DNA from: Burkholderiales bacterium
GTDB taxonomy: Bacteria > Pseudomonadota > Gammaproteobacteria > Burkholderiales > SG8-41
Direction: 5' to 3'
Length of the DNA: 33,741 nucleotides
Assembly: GCA_005800795.1 (NCBI GenBank)
Contig: SYEN01000459.1
Location: 1 to 33,741 of the forward strand
Shown: positions 1 to 9,289 of the stretch, piece by piece
How positions within the stretch are numbered: the first letter of the stretch is position 1
Layout of the letters: the number at the start of each line of letters is the position of its first letter
Made by a program: the position numbers and the translations under genes
The notes under the pieces: generated by a model
Databases searched by the model: none
What the model was told of the DNA's origin: nothing
Seen by the model: the letters and a program-made list of their open reading frames with translations, nothing else

Positions 1-1
1 C

Positions 2-967
2 ATCGGTACGCGCTGTGGCGGCAGTCCGCAACAGCTGCCCGCTGTTGCCATGCCCGATTTGTCGATGGAAAACCTGCGCCGGCTGCTGTTGCCCGCGATG
101 ACCCTCGCGCTGCTCGGCGCACTGGAATCACTCTTGTGCGCCGTTGTTGCGGATCACACGAGTCATGACCGGCACGACCCCAATCAGGAGTTGATGGGTC
201 AGGGCATCGCCAACATGGCCGTTCCGTTTTTTGGCGGATTCGCCGCCACCGGCACCATCGCCCGCACCTCCGCCAACATCAGAAATGGCGCGAGAACGCC
301 GGTGTCGGGTCTGGTGCACGCGTTGACATTGTTGCTGATCGTGCTGGCAGCGGCGCCACTGGCCGTGCACGTTCCACTGGCGGTGCTGGCCGCCATACTC
401 GTGGGCGTGGCGATTCGCATGGGGGAGTGGCACGCGTTTACCACGCTACGCTCGCATACAACGCCGCGCAATCTGATCATGCTCACCACGTTCGTGCTCA
501 CTGTGGTGCTGGATATCACCACGGCGGTTCAGGTCGGCGTGCTGTGCACCATGATCATGCTGATCCGGCGCATGATGGAAGTCACCTCGATCTATGACGA
601 AAGCGCAGCGTCAACCCACGCTTCTGGCCAGTCGCCCAGTCCCTCACCCGCAGTCCGCGTGCTGCACGTAACGGGCATTTTGTTTTTTGGCACGGCGGAC
701 AAGCTCGACGCGATTGAACTGAGCCCGCAATCGCGCGTGCTGGTGTTGAACCTCACGCGCGTGGCCTATCTCGATACCACCGCGCTCAACAGCCTTGAAG
801 GTCTCGCCACGCGCATTCACCAACACGGCGGACAACTGGTGCGTGCCGCGGCACAACGCCAGCCGCTGCGGCTGATGCTGCTGTCCGGCCTCGTCGCAAC
901 GCTGGGCCGCGACAACATCAAGGCCTCGCTCGACAGCGCGCGCGAACGCGCTACCCAGCTTGCGTGA
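2..967 (+). CDS. SulP-family anion transporter, C-terminal membrane part plus STAS domain (5' end outside window)
   Basis: The frame is open from base 2, with no stop before the listed ATG at 50. Hydrophobic TM stretches (GIANMAVPFFGGFAATG, LLLIVLAAAPLAV) are followed by a STAS-like tail (VLHVTGILFFGTADKL, LNLTRVAYLDTTALNSLEGL). Stop at 965-967. Confidence 0.85.
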   Translation: MGTRCGGSPQQLPAVAMPDLSMENLRRLLLPAMTLALLGALESLLCAVVADHTSHDRHDPNQELMGQGIANMAVPFFGGFAATGTIARTSANIRNGARTPVSGLVHALTLLLIVLAAAPLAVHVPLAVLAAILVGVAIRMGEWHAFTTLRSHTTPRNLIMLTTFVLTVVLDITTAVQVGVLCTMIMLIRRMMEVTSIYDESAASTHASGQSPSPSPAVRVLHVTGILFFGTADKLDAIELSPQSRVLVLNLTRVAYLDTTALNSLEGLATRIHQHGGQLVRAAAQRQPLRLMLLSGLVATLGRDNIKASLDSARERATQLA

Positions 968-1016
968 CGCTGAACCGATTCACCACGAATAGGTGTGACG
1001 CGTTACGAGATTTTTC

Positions 1017-1045
1017 GTATCTTATTGATTTATTTGATTATTTTA
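1017..1045 (+). repeat. AT-rich boundary motif, weak copy (g)
   Basis: GTATCTTATTGATTTATTTGATTATTTTA matches about 19/29 of the consensus GTAAGTATTTGTTTTAATTGAATTATTTT. It lies in the convergent gap and overlaps the last codons (LKNKIIK) of the amidohydrolase. Confidence 0.35.
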
Positions 1046-2379
1046 TTTTTCAACACCGCACGATCAATTTCCACACCCTTGATAAACGTGCGCGCGATGC
1101 GCCGTGTGTTGCGGATGTCGTCCAGCGGATTGGCATCCAGCACCAAAAAATCCGCGCGTTTGCCCGGCGCTAGTGTGCCGGTGTCGGGCAGTTGCAGATA
1201 TTCCGCGCCACGGCTGGTGGCGGCGACGATCACTTCCATGGTGGTCATACCGGCCGAGTGCATCAACTCCAGTTCACGCTGTTCGGCGTAACCAAACAAA
1301 TGATCGGGCAGGCCGGTGTCGGCGCCGAGGATGACGCGCGCGCCGGCATCTTTCAGCCTTGCGGTGTTGCGATGCACGTTTCGGTAAATACCGCGCACGC
1401 GCTCAACAATAGCCGGATCGCGCGGCGCCCACAGCCCCTTCATGCGCTCGATCACCTCGGGGGACGCGGTGTCCTTCAACAGCCCGGCGAGGTACGGTTC
1501 TTCAAACCACGGTGGCGTACTGGTGTGCGTGTTGCGTTCGCCGCCGCCCATGTTGGGCATCACGAACAGACGGTTGCGAATCACCGATACCAGCAGCGAT
1601 TCGTCCATCACGGCGTCGCGCACCAGGTGCGCGAAGCTGTCCACCTTGGCGGCGGCAAGGCCCACCGCGTCGCGGTGATAAAACACGTGCGCACTGACGC
1701 GCAGATTGTGTTTCTTCGCTTCATCCACTGCGGCAGCGTATAACTCTGGTGACAGACTCGGTGCGCGGCCGCCGCGATCGTCGACCCAGATCTTGATAGC
1801 GTTGACCTTGCGCGCGGCCTGCTCACGCACGGCCTGACGGATTTGCTCCTCGGTGGTGACTTCGTACGCAATGCCTTTGTAGGCCATCGCGCCGGGGCCG
1901 GCATTGGGCGCGCCGATGCCACGTCCCGCCACCAGCAGCAACGCCCCACCGAGCTTGCCGGCGATCTGCTCGTCGCGCATTTGTATCGCCAGATCGCCAC
2001 GCTCAATGCCCTGCGACATCACCACGCCCACGCCGTAATAGAGCGCCAGGTTCAGATCGTTGAGAATGACTTCGCGGGTATAGTTCCCGGCACCATAAGT
2101 CAGTCCCTTCTGAAATCCCGGGTGCACGTGCGTGCTGATGAGCGTGGGCATCACGGTTTTGCCGGACAGATCGACACGTACCATACCCTCAGATGCTACA
2201 AACTCGCCGCGTTTGCCGACCCGCGTTATCAAGCCGCCCTCGACCACAAACACCGCCGATTCGATGGCCGGGCTGCCGTCGCCGGGAATCAATCGCGCAC
2301 CCTCGTAAAATTGCGCACCTGCCGTGGCGCACCACGCCAGCACACTGGCCACAACGCACCGCAATGCAGACCGGATCAT
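1030..2379 (-). CDS. Secreted metal-dependent amidohydrolase family protein
   Basis: HxH metal motif (LISTHVHPGF) and overall amidohydrolase-like sequence. I trimmed the start from 2550 to the ATG at 2379, which is preceded by GGAGGGG and opens a signal peptide (MIRSALRCVVASVLAWCATAGA). This also removes the overlap with the divergent DUF1330 gene. Confidence 0.8.
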   Translation of the reverse strand: MIRSALRCVVASVLAWCATAGAQFYEGARLIPGDGSPAIESAVFVVEGGLITRVGKRGEFVASEGMVRVDLSGKTVMPTLISTHVHPGFQKGLTYGAGNYTREVILNDLNLALYYGVGVVMSQGIERGDLAIQMRDEQIAGKLGGALLLVAGRGIGAPNAGPGAMAYKGIAYEVTTEEQIRQAVREQAARKVNAIKIWVDDRGGRAPSLSPELYAAAVDEAKKHNLRVSAHVFYHRDAVGLAAAKVDSFAHLVRDAVMDESLLVSVIRNRLFVMPNMGGGERNTHTSTPPWFEEPYLAGLLKDTASPEVIERMKGLWAPRDPAIVERVRGIYRNVHRNTARLKDAGARVILGADTGLPDHLFGYAEQRELELMHSAGMTTMEVIVAATSRGAEYLQLPDTGTLAPGKRADFLVLDANPLDDIRNTRRIARTFIKGVEIDRAVLKNKIIK

Positions 2380-2542
2380 GGAACCCCTCCTTGCCGAAAG
2401 GCACTCAGTATAAGCGCGAGCCATGGTGAACAAGGCGAACCACGCGACCAACGCGAATAGCGGTAAACTTGTCCGGCGCAGTTTTCTGATCCACACCCCG
2501 TCTTGTACAAACCCAACCCGTTCAACTTCTCCGGAGACTTTC

Positions 2543-2839
2543 ATGGCCAATGCGTACTGGATTGCCTTTTATAAATCCATCAAGAATCCCGATCAACTGG
2601 CTGCGTATGCCAAGCTCGCGCCCGCCGCGATTCAAGCCCACGGCGGCAAATTTCTCGTGCGTGGTACGCCCTCCAAAACCTACGAACTGGGGTTGAATCA
2701 ACGCGTGGTGGTGATCGAATTCCCCAGTGTCGAAAAAGCCATTGCAGCCCATGACAGTGAAGGCTATCAGGCTGCACTCAAGGTGTTGGGCAATGGCGTC
2801 GAGCGCGATATGCGCATTGTTGAAGGGTATACACCATGA
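2543..2839 (+). CDS. DUF1330 domain protein
   Basis: MANAYWIAFYKSIKNPDQLAAYAKLAPAAIQAHGGKFLVRG...VVVIEFPSVEKAIAAHDSEGYQAA matches the DUF1330 pattern from memory. The ATG at 2543 has a GGAGA 6 nt upstream. The listed 2423 start adds a non-homologous extension. Confidence 0.8.
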   Translation: MANAYWIAFYKSIKNPDQLAAYAKLAPAAIQAHGGKFLVRGTPSKTYELGLNQRVVVIEFPSVEKAIAAHDSEGYQAALKVLGNGVERDMRIVEGYTP

Positions 2840-3576
2840 GCTCGCCTTCCGCTGCTGTGCTCGCCCAACTCGCGCCCACTGGCAAGCTGCGCGCGGGCAT
2901 CAACTTTCAAAATCCGCTGCTCACCAGGCTTGGCCCCAATGGCGAACAAAGCGGTGTCGCTGTGGATCTGGTACACGAACTTGCGCGCCGCATGGGCGTG
3001 CCCATCGAAGTCATTGTGTATCTCTCAGCCGGTGAATTGGCCGAATCGGTCGCCAGCGGCAAATGGGATGTATCGGTGCTGGCCGTTGAAGCGGAACGCG
3101 CGAAAGACATTGCCTTCGCCGGCCCCACCACGGAAATTGTGGCCACCTATCTGGTGCCGCCCGGATCGAAGCTGCAAAAAATCGAGGATGTGGACAGCCC
3201 CGGCGTGCGCATCGCGCTGGGTGCGAAGAGCGGCTACGATCTTTATCTCGCGCGCACGTTGAAGCACGCACAGCGTGTGCCGGTCGCCGGTTCCGGGCCT
3301 GCCTTCACACAGTTTGTCGCTGACAAGCTGGAAGCCTACGCCGGTCTCAAAACGGAAATGGCAAAGTTCGCCACGCAAATGCCGGGCTGCCGCATCCTCG
3401 ATGGACGTTTCATGACAGTGTGCCACACGGCGGGTGTGCCGCGTGGACGCGGCCCTGAGGGCGAAGCGTATCTCACCGCCTTCGTCGAAGCGGTCAAGGC
3501 CGAAGGCTTGGTGGCCAAGTGGATAGACAAGAGCGGTGTTGATGGCCTATCGGCCGCGCCGCTGACCCATGCGTAA
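2836..3576 (+). CDS. Family-3 solute-binding-domain protein (SBP_bac_3-like), no obvious signal peptide
   Basis: The start overlaps the DUF1330 stop (ATGA). The fold pattern is polar-amino-acid-binding-protein-like (KLRAGINFQNPLL, GVAVDLVHELARRMGVP, WDVSVLAVEAERAKDIAF). The N-terminus MSSPSAAVLAQLAPTGK lacks a hydrophobic leader. Confidence 0.65.
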   Translation: MSSPSAAVLAQLAPTGKLRAGINFQNPLLTRLGPNGEQSGVAVDLVHELARRMGVPIEVIVYLSAGELAESVASGKWDVSVLAVEAERAKDIAFAGPTTEIVATYLVPPGSKLQKIEDVDSPGVRIALGAKSGYDLYLARTLKHAQRVPVAGSGPAFTQFVADKLEAYAGLKTEMAKFATQMPGCRILDGRFMTVCHTAGVPRGRGPEGEAYLTAFVEAVKAEGLVAKWIDKSGVDGLSAAPLTHA

Positions 3577-3613
3577 CTCGCGCAGGACGCATCGCGCCTT
3601 CCGTCGACTTATC

Positions 3614-3642
3614 ATAAATATTTGTTTTAATTGATTTTTTTA
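3614..3642 (+). repeat. AT-rich boundary motif, strong copy (a)
   Basis: ATAAATATTTGTTTTAATTGATTTTTTTA matches 24/29 of the consensus. It sits immediately upstream of the lactonase start. Confidence 0.6.
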
Positions 3643-3653
3643 AGAGGCAGGCC

Positions 3654-4838
3654 ATGAGTGGAAAAACCGTGCTCTACCAAAGCGTCGGCGCCGAACTGAC
3701 GCACTTTGATGTCGATGTGGAAGCCGCCACACTGACACGGCGCGGTTCCGTTACGTTACCGTCGAACGTGCAATACGCGTGGCCCGTCACCGCCGCCGGC
3801 GGGCGTAAATTTCTGACGGTGACCACCAGCGACGCCGCATCGGGCAACACGCCCGTGCCCGGCGTCATGCACCGGCTTTGCTCGGTGAGCATCACGGCAG
3901 ACGGCACGCCGGCCTTGCACGGCTATCCGCAACCGCTACCCTCTCGCCCGATTCATCATTGCGTGGATCGTGCAGGTGCGTACGCGCTGTGCGCCTTCAA
4001 CAATCCCAGCCACGTCACGGTGAACCGCATCAACAGCGACGGCAGCATCGGCCCGCGCGTGGCTCAGCCCGCGAATGTCGATGTCGGCATTTACGCGCAT
4101 CAGGTCGTCACCACGCCGTCGAACCGGCTGGTGGTGTTCCCGGCGCGCGGCAACGACGCACGCGCGGGCAAACCGGAAGACCCCGGCGCGATCAAGGTGT
4201 TTCACTTCAACAACGGCCAGCTTACCCAATCGCAATCTATCGATGCCGTGGGCAAGGGCGGCATGGATTACCGCCCGCGCCACGTCGATTTTCATCCGAC
4301 GCAGCCATGGATGTACGCGAACATCGAAAGCCAGAACGAGATGCACATGCACCGCATCAACGGCGACGAAATCGCCGCCGTGCCGGAGTTCGTCAAGACC
4401 ACGCTGGCCGCGCCGCGCGACCCGAAAATGCATCAAACCACCAGCGCAATCCACGGGCACCCGAACGGCCGCTTTGTCTACACCGCCAACCGCGCCGACG
4501 GCAAAGTGGAATTCAAGGGTAAACAAGTCTTCGCGGGCGGCGAAAACAGCATCGCCGTATTCGCCATCGACCCAAAAACCGGCGAACCCACCCGCATCCA
4601 GAGCGTCGACCCGCAAACCCACCACGTGCGCACCTTCGGCATCGACCCCAGCGGCCGGTTACTAGTTTGCGCCAGCATCCGCGACATGTGGGTTAAAGAC
4701 GGTAACGATGTGCGCCTGGCGCCTGCTGCGTTAAGTGTGTTCCGTATTGGGGATGACGGGAAACTGACTTTTGTGCGGAAGTACGACGTGGAGTTGAATG
4801 GGAAGTTGCAGTGGTGGGCGGGGATGGTGGGGCTGTAG
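3654..4838 (+). CDS. 7-bladed beta-propeller lactonase family protein (Pgl/PF10282-like)
   Basis: Family-typical segments: HGHPNGRFVYTANRADG, VFAIDPKTGEPTRIQSV, VRTFGIDPSGRLLVCASI. An AAGAGG lies upstream of the ATG. Confidence 0.7.
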   Translation: MSGKTVLYQSVGAELTHFDVDVEAATLTRRGSVTLPSNVQYAWPVTAAGGRKFLTVTTSDAASGNTPVPGVMHRLCSVSITADGTPALHGYPQPLPSRPIHHCVDRAGAYALCAFNNPSHVTVNRINSDGSIGPRVAQPANVDVGIYAHQVVTTPSNRLVVFPARGNDARAGKPEDPGAIKVFHFNNGQLTQSQSIDAVGKGGMDYRPRHVDFHPTQPWMYANIESQNEMHMHRINGDEIAAVPEFVKTTLAAPRDPKMHQTTSAIHGHPNGRFVYTANRADGKVEFKGKQVFAGGENSIAVFAIDPKTGEPTRIQSVDPQTHHVRTFGIDPSGRLLVCASIRDMWVKDGNDVRLAPAALSVFRIGDDGKLTFVRKYDVELNGKLQWWAGMVGL

Positions 4839-4906
4839 GCAAACTTAACAGATAGCCCGATGCCGCACGTGTACGCGCGGGACGGGGACTACACCTCCCA
4901 CGCAAT

Positions 4907-5880
4907 CTACTCAAGCCTGATGTTGGCCACCTTGACGATTTTCGCGTACTTTGCGGTCTCCGCACGAATGAAAGCACTAAACTCCGACGGCTCATTGCCG
5001 ACTGGTTCAGCCCCGATATTCGCGATTCTTTCCTTCACGTCGTTTAGCCGCAAGAGCTTGATCGTCTCGTTGTGCAGCCTTGCGATGGCGTCTTTATTGA
5101 CAGCCGAGGGCGCCACCAGACCCCACCACGTGTTCACTTCGACGCCGGGCACGCCGCCTTCCTTGACAGTGGGTACATCAGGCAACAACGGAGAACGCTG
5201 GGCAGCAGTAATGGCAATGGCGCGCAGCTTGCCTTGCCGTACCTGATTGATCACCGGCGGAACCGAGTCGAAGTTCATGTCGACGTGCCCCGCAATCAAA
5301 TCGATGAGCGCCTGGCCGCTCCCTTTGTACGGCACATGCAGCATGTCAACGCCCGACTGCAATTTGAAGAGTTCGGCAGCGAGGTGCTGAATGCTGCCCG
5401 CGCCCGAGGAGGCGTAGCGCATCTGACCGGGCCGCGCTTTCGCCAGCGCGACCAGATCCTTGACGCTTTTCACCGGCAGCGAGGGGTGCACCACCAATAG
5501 GTTGGGGCCGGTTGCCACCAGCGAGATGGTCGCAAAATCCCGCTGCGGATCATAGGGAAGTTTGGGCACCAACGAAGGCAGCACCGAGACCGCCGCAATA
5601 TGCGCCATCATGATGGTGTAGCCATCCGGCGCCGCTTTTGCGAGTTGTTCGGCGGCGAGTTGGCCTGCCGCGCCGCCACGGTTATCGATCAGCACCTGTT
5701 GGCCTAAAGTGTTTCCGACAGTTTTTGGCCGACGATACGACCGATGATATCGGTGCCGCCGCCGGGCGCGAACCCCACGAGCATACGTATACTCTTGGCC
5801 GGGTAGTCCTGAGCGAACGCTGTCCCGGAGAGCGTCAACACGAGTGCTATTGCTGCCGCTTTGGTCAGGTCAAATTTCAT
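4907..5880 (-). pseudogene. Bug/TctC-family periplasmic binding protein gene disrupted by a 2-nt insertion
   Basis: ATG at 5880 (AAGGAA SD) encodes MKFDLTKAAAIALVLTLSGTAFAQDYPAKSIRMLVGFAPGGGTDIIGRIVGQKLSETL, then TAG at 5704-5706. The rest of the protein (GQQVLIDNRGGAAG... to stop at 4907) continues in another frame. Deleting the TA at 5705-5706 restores ...SETLGQQVLIDNRGG. Confidence 0.75.
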
Positions 5881-5939
5881 GGGGTTCCTTATGTTGATTG
5901 TTTCGTCGGCCCGTTTGCGGCAAAAACCACCGCCGGCAG

Positions 5940-6836
5940 CTACGCCGGCACCGCGACCCCCGCCTGCTCGCAGGTATTCGCCACATCGCCCACGGTCGCA
6001 CGGCGCATGTCGCGCACAAAGCGCATGTCATCGAAATCGGTGCCGCGATGCAGGGTACAGCGGTTGTCCCACATCACCAGATCGTTGACGCGCCAGCGGT
6101 GGGTATGGACAAACTGGCGTTGCGTGACGTGCGCGAGCAAATGCTGGAACAGCGCTTCGGCTTCCGCAGCCTCCATGCCTTTGATCGCACCGATATGCGA
6201 AGCAATATAGAGCGATTTGCGGCCGCTTTCGGGAATGGTGCGCACCAGTAATTGCGGCACCGGCGGCAGGCGTTGGGCTTCGCTTTCCTCAAACGTGGCA
6301 AACCCGGTTCGCTTGCGTGAATACTCGATGGCGTGCATGGCGATCAGGCCGTCAAGCTTTTGCTTCATGCCGGGCGGCAGGGCGTCGTAGGCCGCACGCT
6401 GATCGGCGAATTCGGTGTGGCCGCCGATGGGCACCACCTTCGTCGAATACAGCAGCGAACACACCCCCGGTTTGTATTTGAACGAGCTGTCGGTATGCCA
6501 CAGCTTGTTGCCTTCCTTGTAAAGCCGCTGGCGGCTGGCCTTGTCCCAGATTTTGCCTTCGCGGTTGAGATTCGAGATGTCGGCAAACGCATGCCCCAAC
6601 CGTGGATCGGTGTTCTCGGCGGCGAGCACGCGATCCATTTCGATGGGCCCGAACTGCTGCGCGAAATCCACGTGATTTTGCGGCGAGAGTTTTTGTTCTG
6701 GAAACACCAGCACGCCGTATTTCCAGAACACCTGTTTGATCGCGCTCATGTCCTCGGCAGATACCGGTTTGGACAGATCAACGTCGTAAATTTCAGCGAC
6801 GAAGTTGGGCGTGAGGGCATTGACGGTCAGGGTCAT
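5940..6836 (-). CDS. TfdA/TauD-family Fe(II)/2-oxoglutarate dioxygenase
   Basis: HxD iron motif (LWHTDSSFKYKP), distal His/Arg region (WDNRCTLHRGTDF...RRATV), and N-terminal pattern resembling TfdA. Confidence 0.85.
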   Translation of the reverse strand: MTLTVNALTPNFVAEIYDVDLSKPVSAEDMSAIKQVFWKYGVLVFPEQKLSPQNHVDFAQQFGPIEMDRVLAAENTDPRLGHAFADISNLNREGKIWDKASRQRLYKEGNKLWHTDSSFKYKPGVCSLLYSTKVVPIGGHTEFADQRAAYDALPPGMKQKLDGLIAMHAIEYSRKRTGFATFEESEAQRLPPVPQLLVRTIPESGRKSLYIASHIGAIKGMEAAEAEALFQHLLAHVTQRQFVHTHRWRVNDLVMWDNRCTLHRGTDFDDMRFVRDMRRATVGDVANTCEQAGVAVPA

Positions 6837-6911
6837 GATGAAATGTCCTTACGCAACACAGTGCGGCGGGTTGCGGCCAATTCCCGCGGTTTGCACCACG
6901 CCGATTAGTTT

Positions 6912-6940
6912 ATAACTATTTGATTTTTAAACAATATTTA
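6912..6940 (+). repeat. AT-rich boundary motif, subfamily II copy (f)
   Basis: ATAACTATTTGATTTTTAAACAATATTTA is close to copy (l). The reverse strand contains AATCAA-ATAG-TTA, matching the IHF core WATCAANNNNTTR. Confidence 0.45.
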
Positions 6941-6980
6941 ATAGGCGCACACGGCCCACGACCGCGTGCGTTGGCTTCAA

Positions 6981-8009
6981 CTAAGCCGCCGCGCGCTCAC
7001 GCTGCCCGGCCTTGTTCAGACGCGCGGCAATCATCGCGCTGGCATTGCCGTGCAGGATGGCCTGGCGCTTGTCGGCGCCGATATCGGCTTCCTTCAACGC
7101 GTTGGCGGTCCATTCGCAGCCGAATTCGCTGCCGTCCGTGCCGCACACGATACGCTCGGCGCCATACAGCCGCACAGCCGCTTCGATGGAACGCGGGCCG
7201 AACGAGTTGCAGTCGACGAACACCTTTGAGCGTTTGAAGCGCGACGAGGGCAATTCCTCCTTCGGTGTATCGAGCAGGCAGCGGTGATCCATGCGCTCGA
7301 TTTCATACGGAATATTGCCGCCAAGGTTGTGCACCAGCAGCGTGGCATCGGGATACGGTGCGAGGAAATCGGTGAGGCACAGTGTCACCATCACCGACGA
7401 CAGGCTTGCCTGCATGTCGAGCGTGCCATTGCGGCGGCGCGCATTGTCGGTGTCGCCGCCGATTTTGGGAAACGCATCGCCGGGGCGCGGGCCATGATGC
7501 ACGAACAGAATCGCCTTGCGGTTGTTCGCCACTTCCAGCAGCGGCTTCGCGTCTTCGGCATGTTTGTGCGTGAGAAACAGATTGCCCGGAATCTGCGTGC
7601 CGACCACGCCCGGCAGCGACATCGCTCGCTCCAGTTCGGCGGCAGCAGCCGACATGTCGGCGAGCGGCAGCGCGGCAAACGCGGCGAAGCGCCCGGGATA
7701 CTTCTGCGTAATCTCCGACAGTGCGTTGTTGACCATTTTGCACAGCGGCAGCGATACCTCCAGCGGCTGCGATTCGATCCAGCAGAAGCCCCCAATCAGC
7801 GAAAGCGCGCTGGTGGTAACCCCCTGCCGATCCATGCGTGCCAGGTGGAATTCCACGTCGTCGAACGCTTTCGCCAACGGCTCGTCACCGTTACGCGTTC
7901 TCAATACTTCAACACCGGCGTCGTTGCGCACGATGCGGGGTTCACGCGTGCGGGCGCGCAGAGCGTCGATCAGTTCAGCGGGTCTCCAGTGGGCGTGCAT
8001 GTCGATCAT
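6981..8009 (-). CDS. Amidohydrolase_2 (ACMSD-like) family protein
   Basis: MIDMHAHW metal motif at the N-terminus. The ATG at 8009 has an AAGGAG 7 nt upstream. The listed start at 8024 is a TTG inside that SD region. Confidence 0.8.
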   Translation of the reverse strand: MIDMHAHWRPAELIDALRARTREPRIVRNDAGVEVLRTRNGDEPLAKAFDDVEFHLARMDRQGVTTSALSLIGGFCWIESQPLEVSLPLCKMVNNALSEITQKYPGRFAAFAALPLADMSAAAAELERAMSLPGVVGTQIPGNLFLTHKHAEDAKPLLEVANNRKAILFVHHGPRPGDAFPKIGGDTDNARRRNGTLDMQASLSSVMVTLCLTDFLAPYPDATLLVHNLGGNIPYEIERMDHRCLLDTPKEELPSSRFKRSKVFVDCNSFGPRSIEAAVRLYGAERIVCGTDGSEFGCEWTANALKEADIGADKRQAILHGNASAMIAARLNKAGQRERAAA

Positions 8010-8065
8010 GACGGTCTCCTTCAAAGGGTCGGCAAAGGGGGTTACGGGGCGGTAGTGTGATTCAA

Positions 8066-8986
8066 TCAGGCGGCGTGTGGTTGCGGCAGGTTGGCAAAAA
8101 AACTGTCCTGCGCCGCACCTGCCACGGTGGTGCGATGCATCTTGCGGCGGTACTGGGTCTTGTCAAAGGTGGTGGCACGGTGCAACACGCTGCGGTTGTC
8201 CCAGATCACCAGATCGTGCAGCCGCCACGGGTGGCTGTAGACAAAACGTGGCTGCGTACAAAATTCGGTGATCTCGGCGATCAGCGTGCGTGCTGCCTCG
8301 TGCGGCATTCCGTTAATGGCCTGCGCGTGCGCACCGGCGTAAAAATTCCTGCGGCCATTGACCGGGTTGATGCGAATCAGCGGGTGCGTCACGGTGAGGC
8401 GTTTTTTCTGTTCTTCGTTGTAGGCGGGATCGTCCTCGTCCTCGGGCTTGGCCACACGATGCACCGCGATCAAGTCTTCCAGCGCCGGCTTGCGCGCATC
8501 GGGGAACGCCGCATACGCCGCGCGGCCGCTGGCGAAATCGGTATTGCCGCCCACCGGCGGCACGATGCGCCCCGACAGCATGGAACACAACGCCGCGACT
8601 GGCTTGAATGAACTGTCCGTGTGCCAATGCTCGTTGCGCAAGCGGTGCTGCATGCCCGGGTCATCCAGCGGCAGCAGGTTGCCCTGCCCATCCAGATTGG
8701 TCATGACAGCAATGTGGCCCGGCTTGAAGTTGTTGGCCGGGTGAGCCTCCATGGTTTCGAGCGGGCCGAAGTTGCGGCTGAAGGCAATCTGCGTGTCGTC
8801 CTCAAAATTTTGGTCGCGCACCACCAGCACTTCGTATTGATTGAAGGCCTCCCAGATCGCGCGGAAATCCGCACGCGTTACGGGCACGGTGAGATCGACG
8901 CCGGTGACTTCGGCCACGAATAGCGGATGCAGCGGCTTAATGGTGATACCGGTGGCAGCAGATTGGGGATTGAGTACAGCGGACAT
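8066..8986 (-). CDS. TfdA/TauD-family Fe(II)/2-oxoglutarate dioxygenase
   Basis: HWHTDSSFKPV (HxD), WDNRSVLHRATTF...HRTTV, and a TfdA-like N-terminus (PLHPLFVAEVTGVDL). Confidence 0.85.
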   Translation of the reverse strand: MSAVLNPQSAATGITIKPLHPLFVAEVTGVDLTVPVTRADFRAIWEAFNQYEVLVVRDQNFEDDTQIAFSRNFGPLETMEAHPANNFKPGHIAVMTNLDGQGNLLPLDDPGMQHRLRNEHWHTDSSFKPVAALCSMLSGRIVPPVGGNTDFASGRAAYAAFPDARKPALEDLIAVHRVAKPEDEDDPAYNEEQKKRLTVTHPLIRINPVNGRRNFYAGAHAQAINGMPHEAARTLIAEITEFCTQPRFVYSHPWRLHDLVIWDNRSVLHRATTFDKTQYRRKMHRTTVAGAAQDSFFANLPQPHAA

Positions 8987-9251
8987 GGGCGGCTCCGTAA
9001 CGGCGGGACTGCGTGGGAGAGGCGGAAAGCTGGACTAGCCTAATCCTTGCGCCAGCGCTGCGTCAACCCGGCTGGGTTAAGGCCGCCGCATGATGGAAGT
9101 TGTGGCGCAAAATTCCATTCGTTTGCACCCGATAAAAGGCGCCTATCTATGAAAATGCTCGACATGCCGGAACGCGCAGCGCCACAATCATAATCCACTC
9201 GAAGCAAGGTTCGTCGCGCCATCCGGTGCGCAAGCGCCGGACAATCAATCA

Positions 9252-9280
9252 AAAAATATTCAATTAAATCAAATACTTAC
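9252..9280 (-). repeat. AT-rich boundary motif, strong copy (d)
   Basis: The reverse strand reads GTAAGTATTTGATTTAATTGAATATTTTT, 26/29 to consensus. The plus strand contains AATCAA-ATAC-TTA, a perfect IHF core. It lies just upstream of the MBL gene. Confidence 0.6.
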
Positions 9281-9289
9281 AGGATTCTC

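Noticed and set aside
9149-9193. 14-codon mini-ORF (MKMLDMPERAAPQS) in the divergent region between TfdA and MBL, a possible leader peptide
   Set aside because: No SD, no associated terminator or antiterminator structure that I could see, and no amino-acid run suggestive of attenuation.
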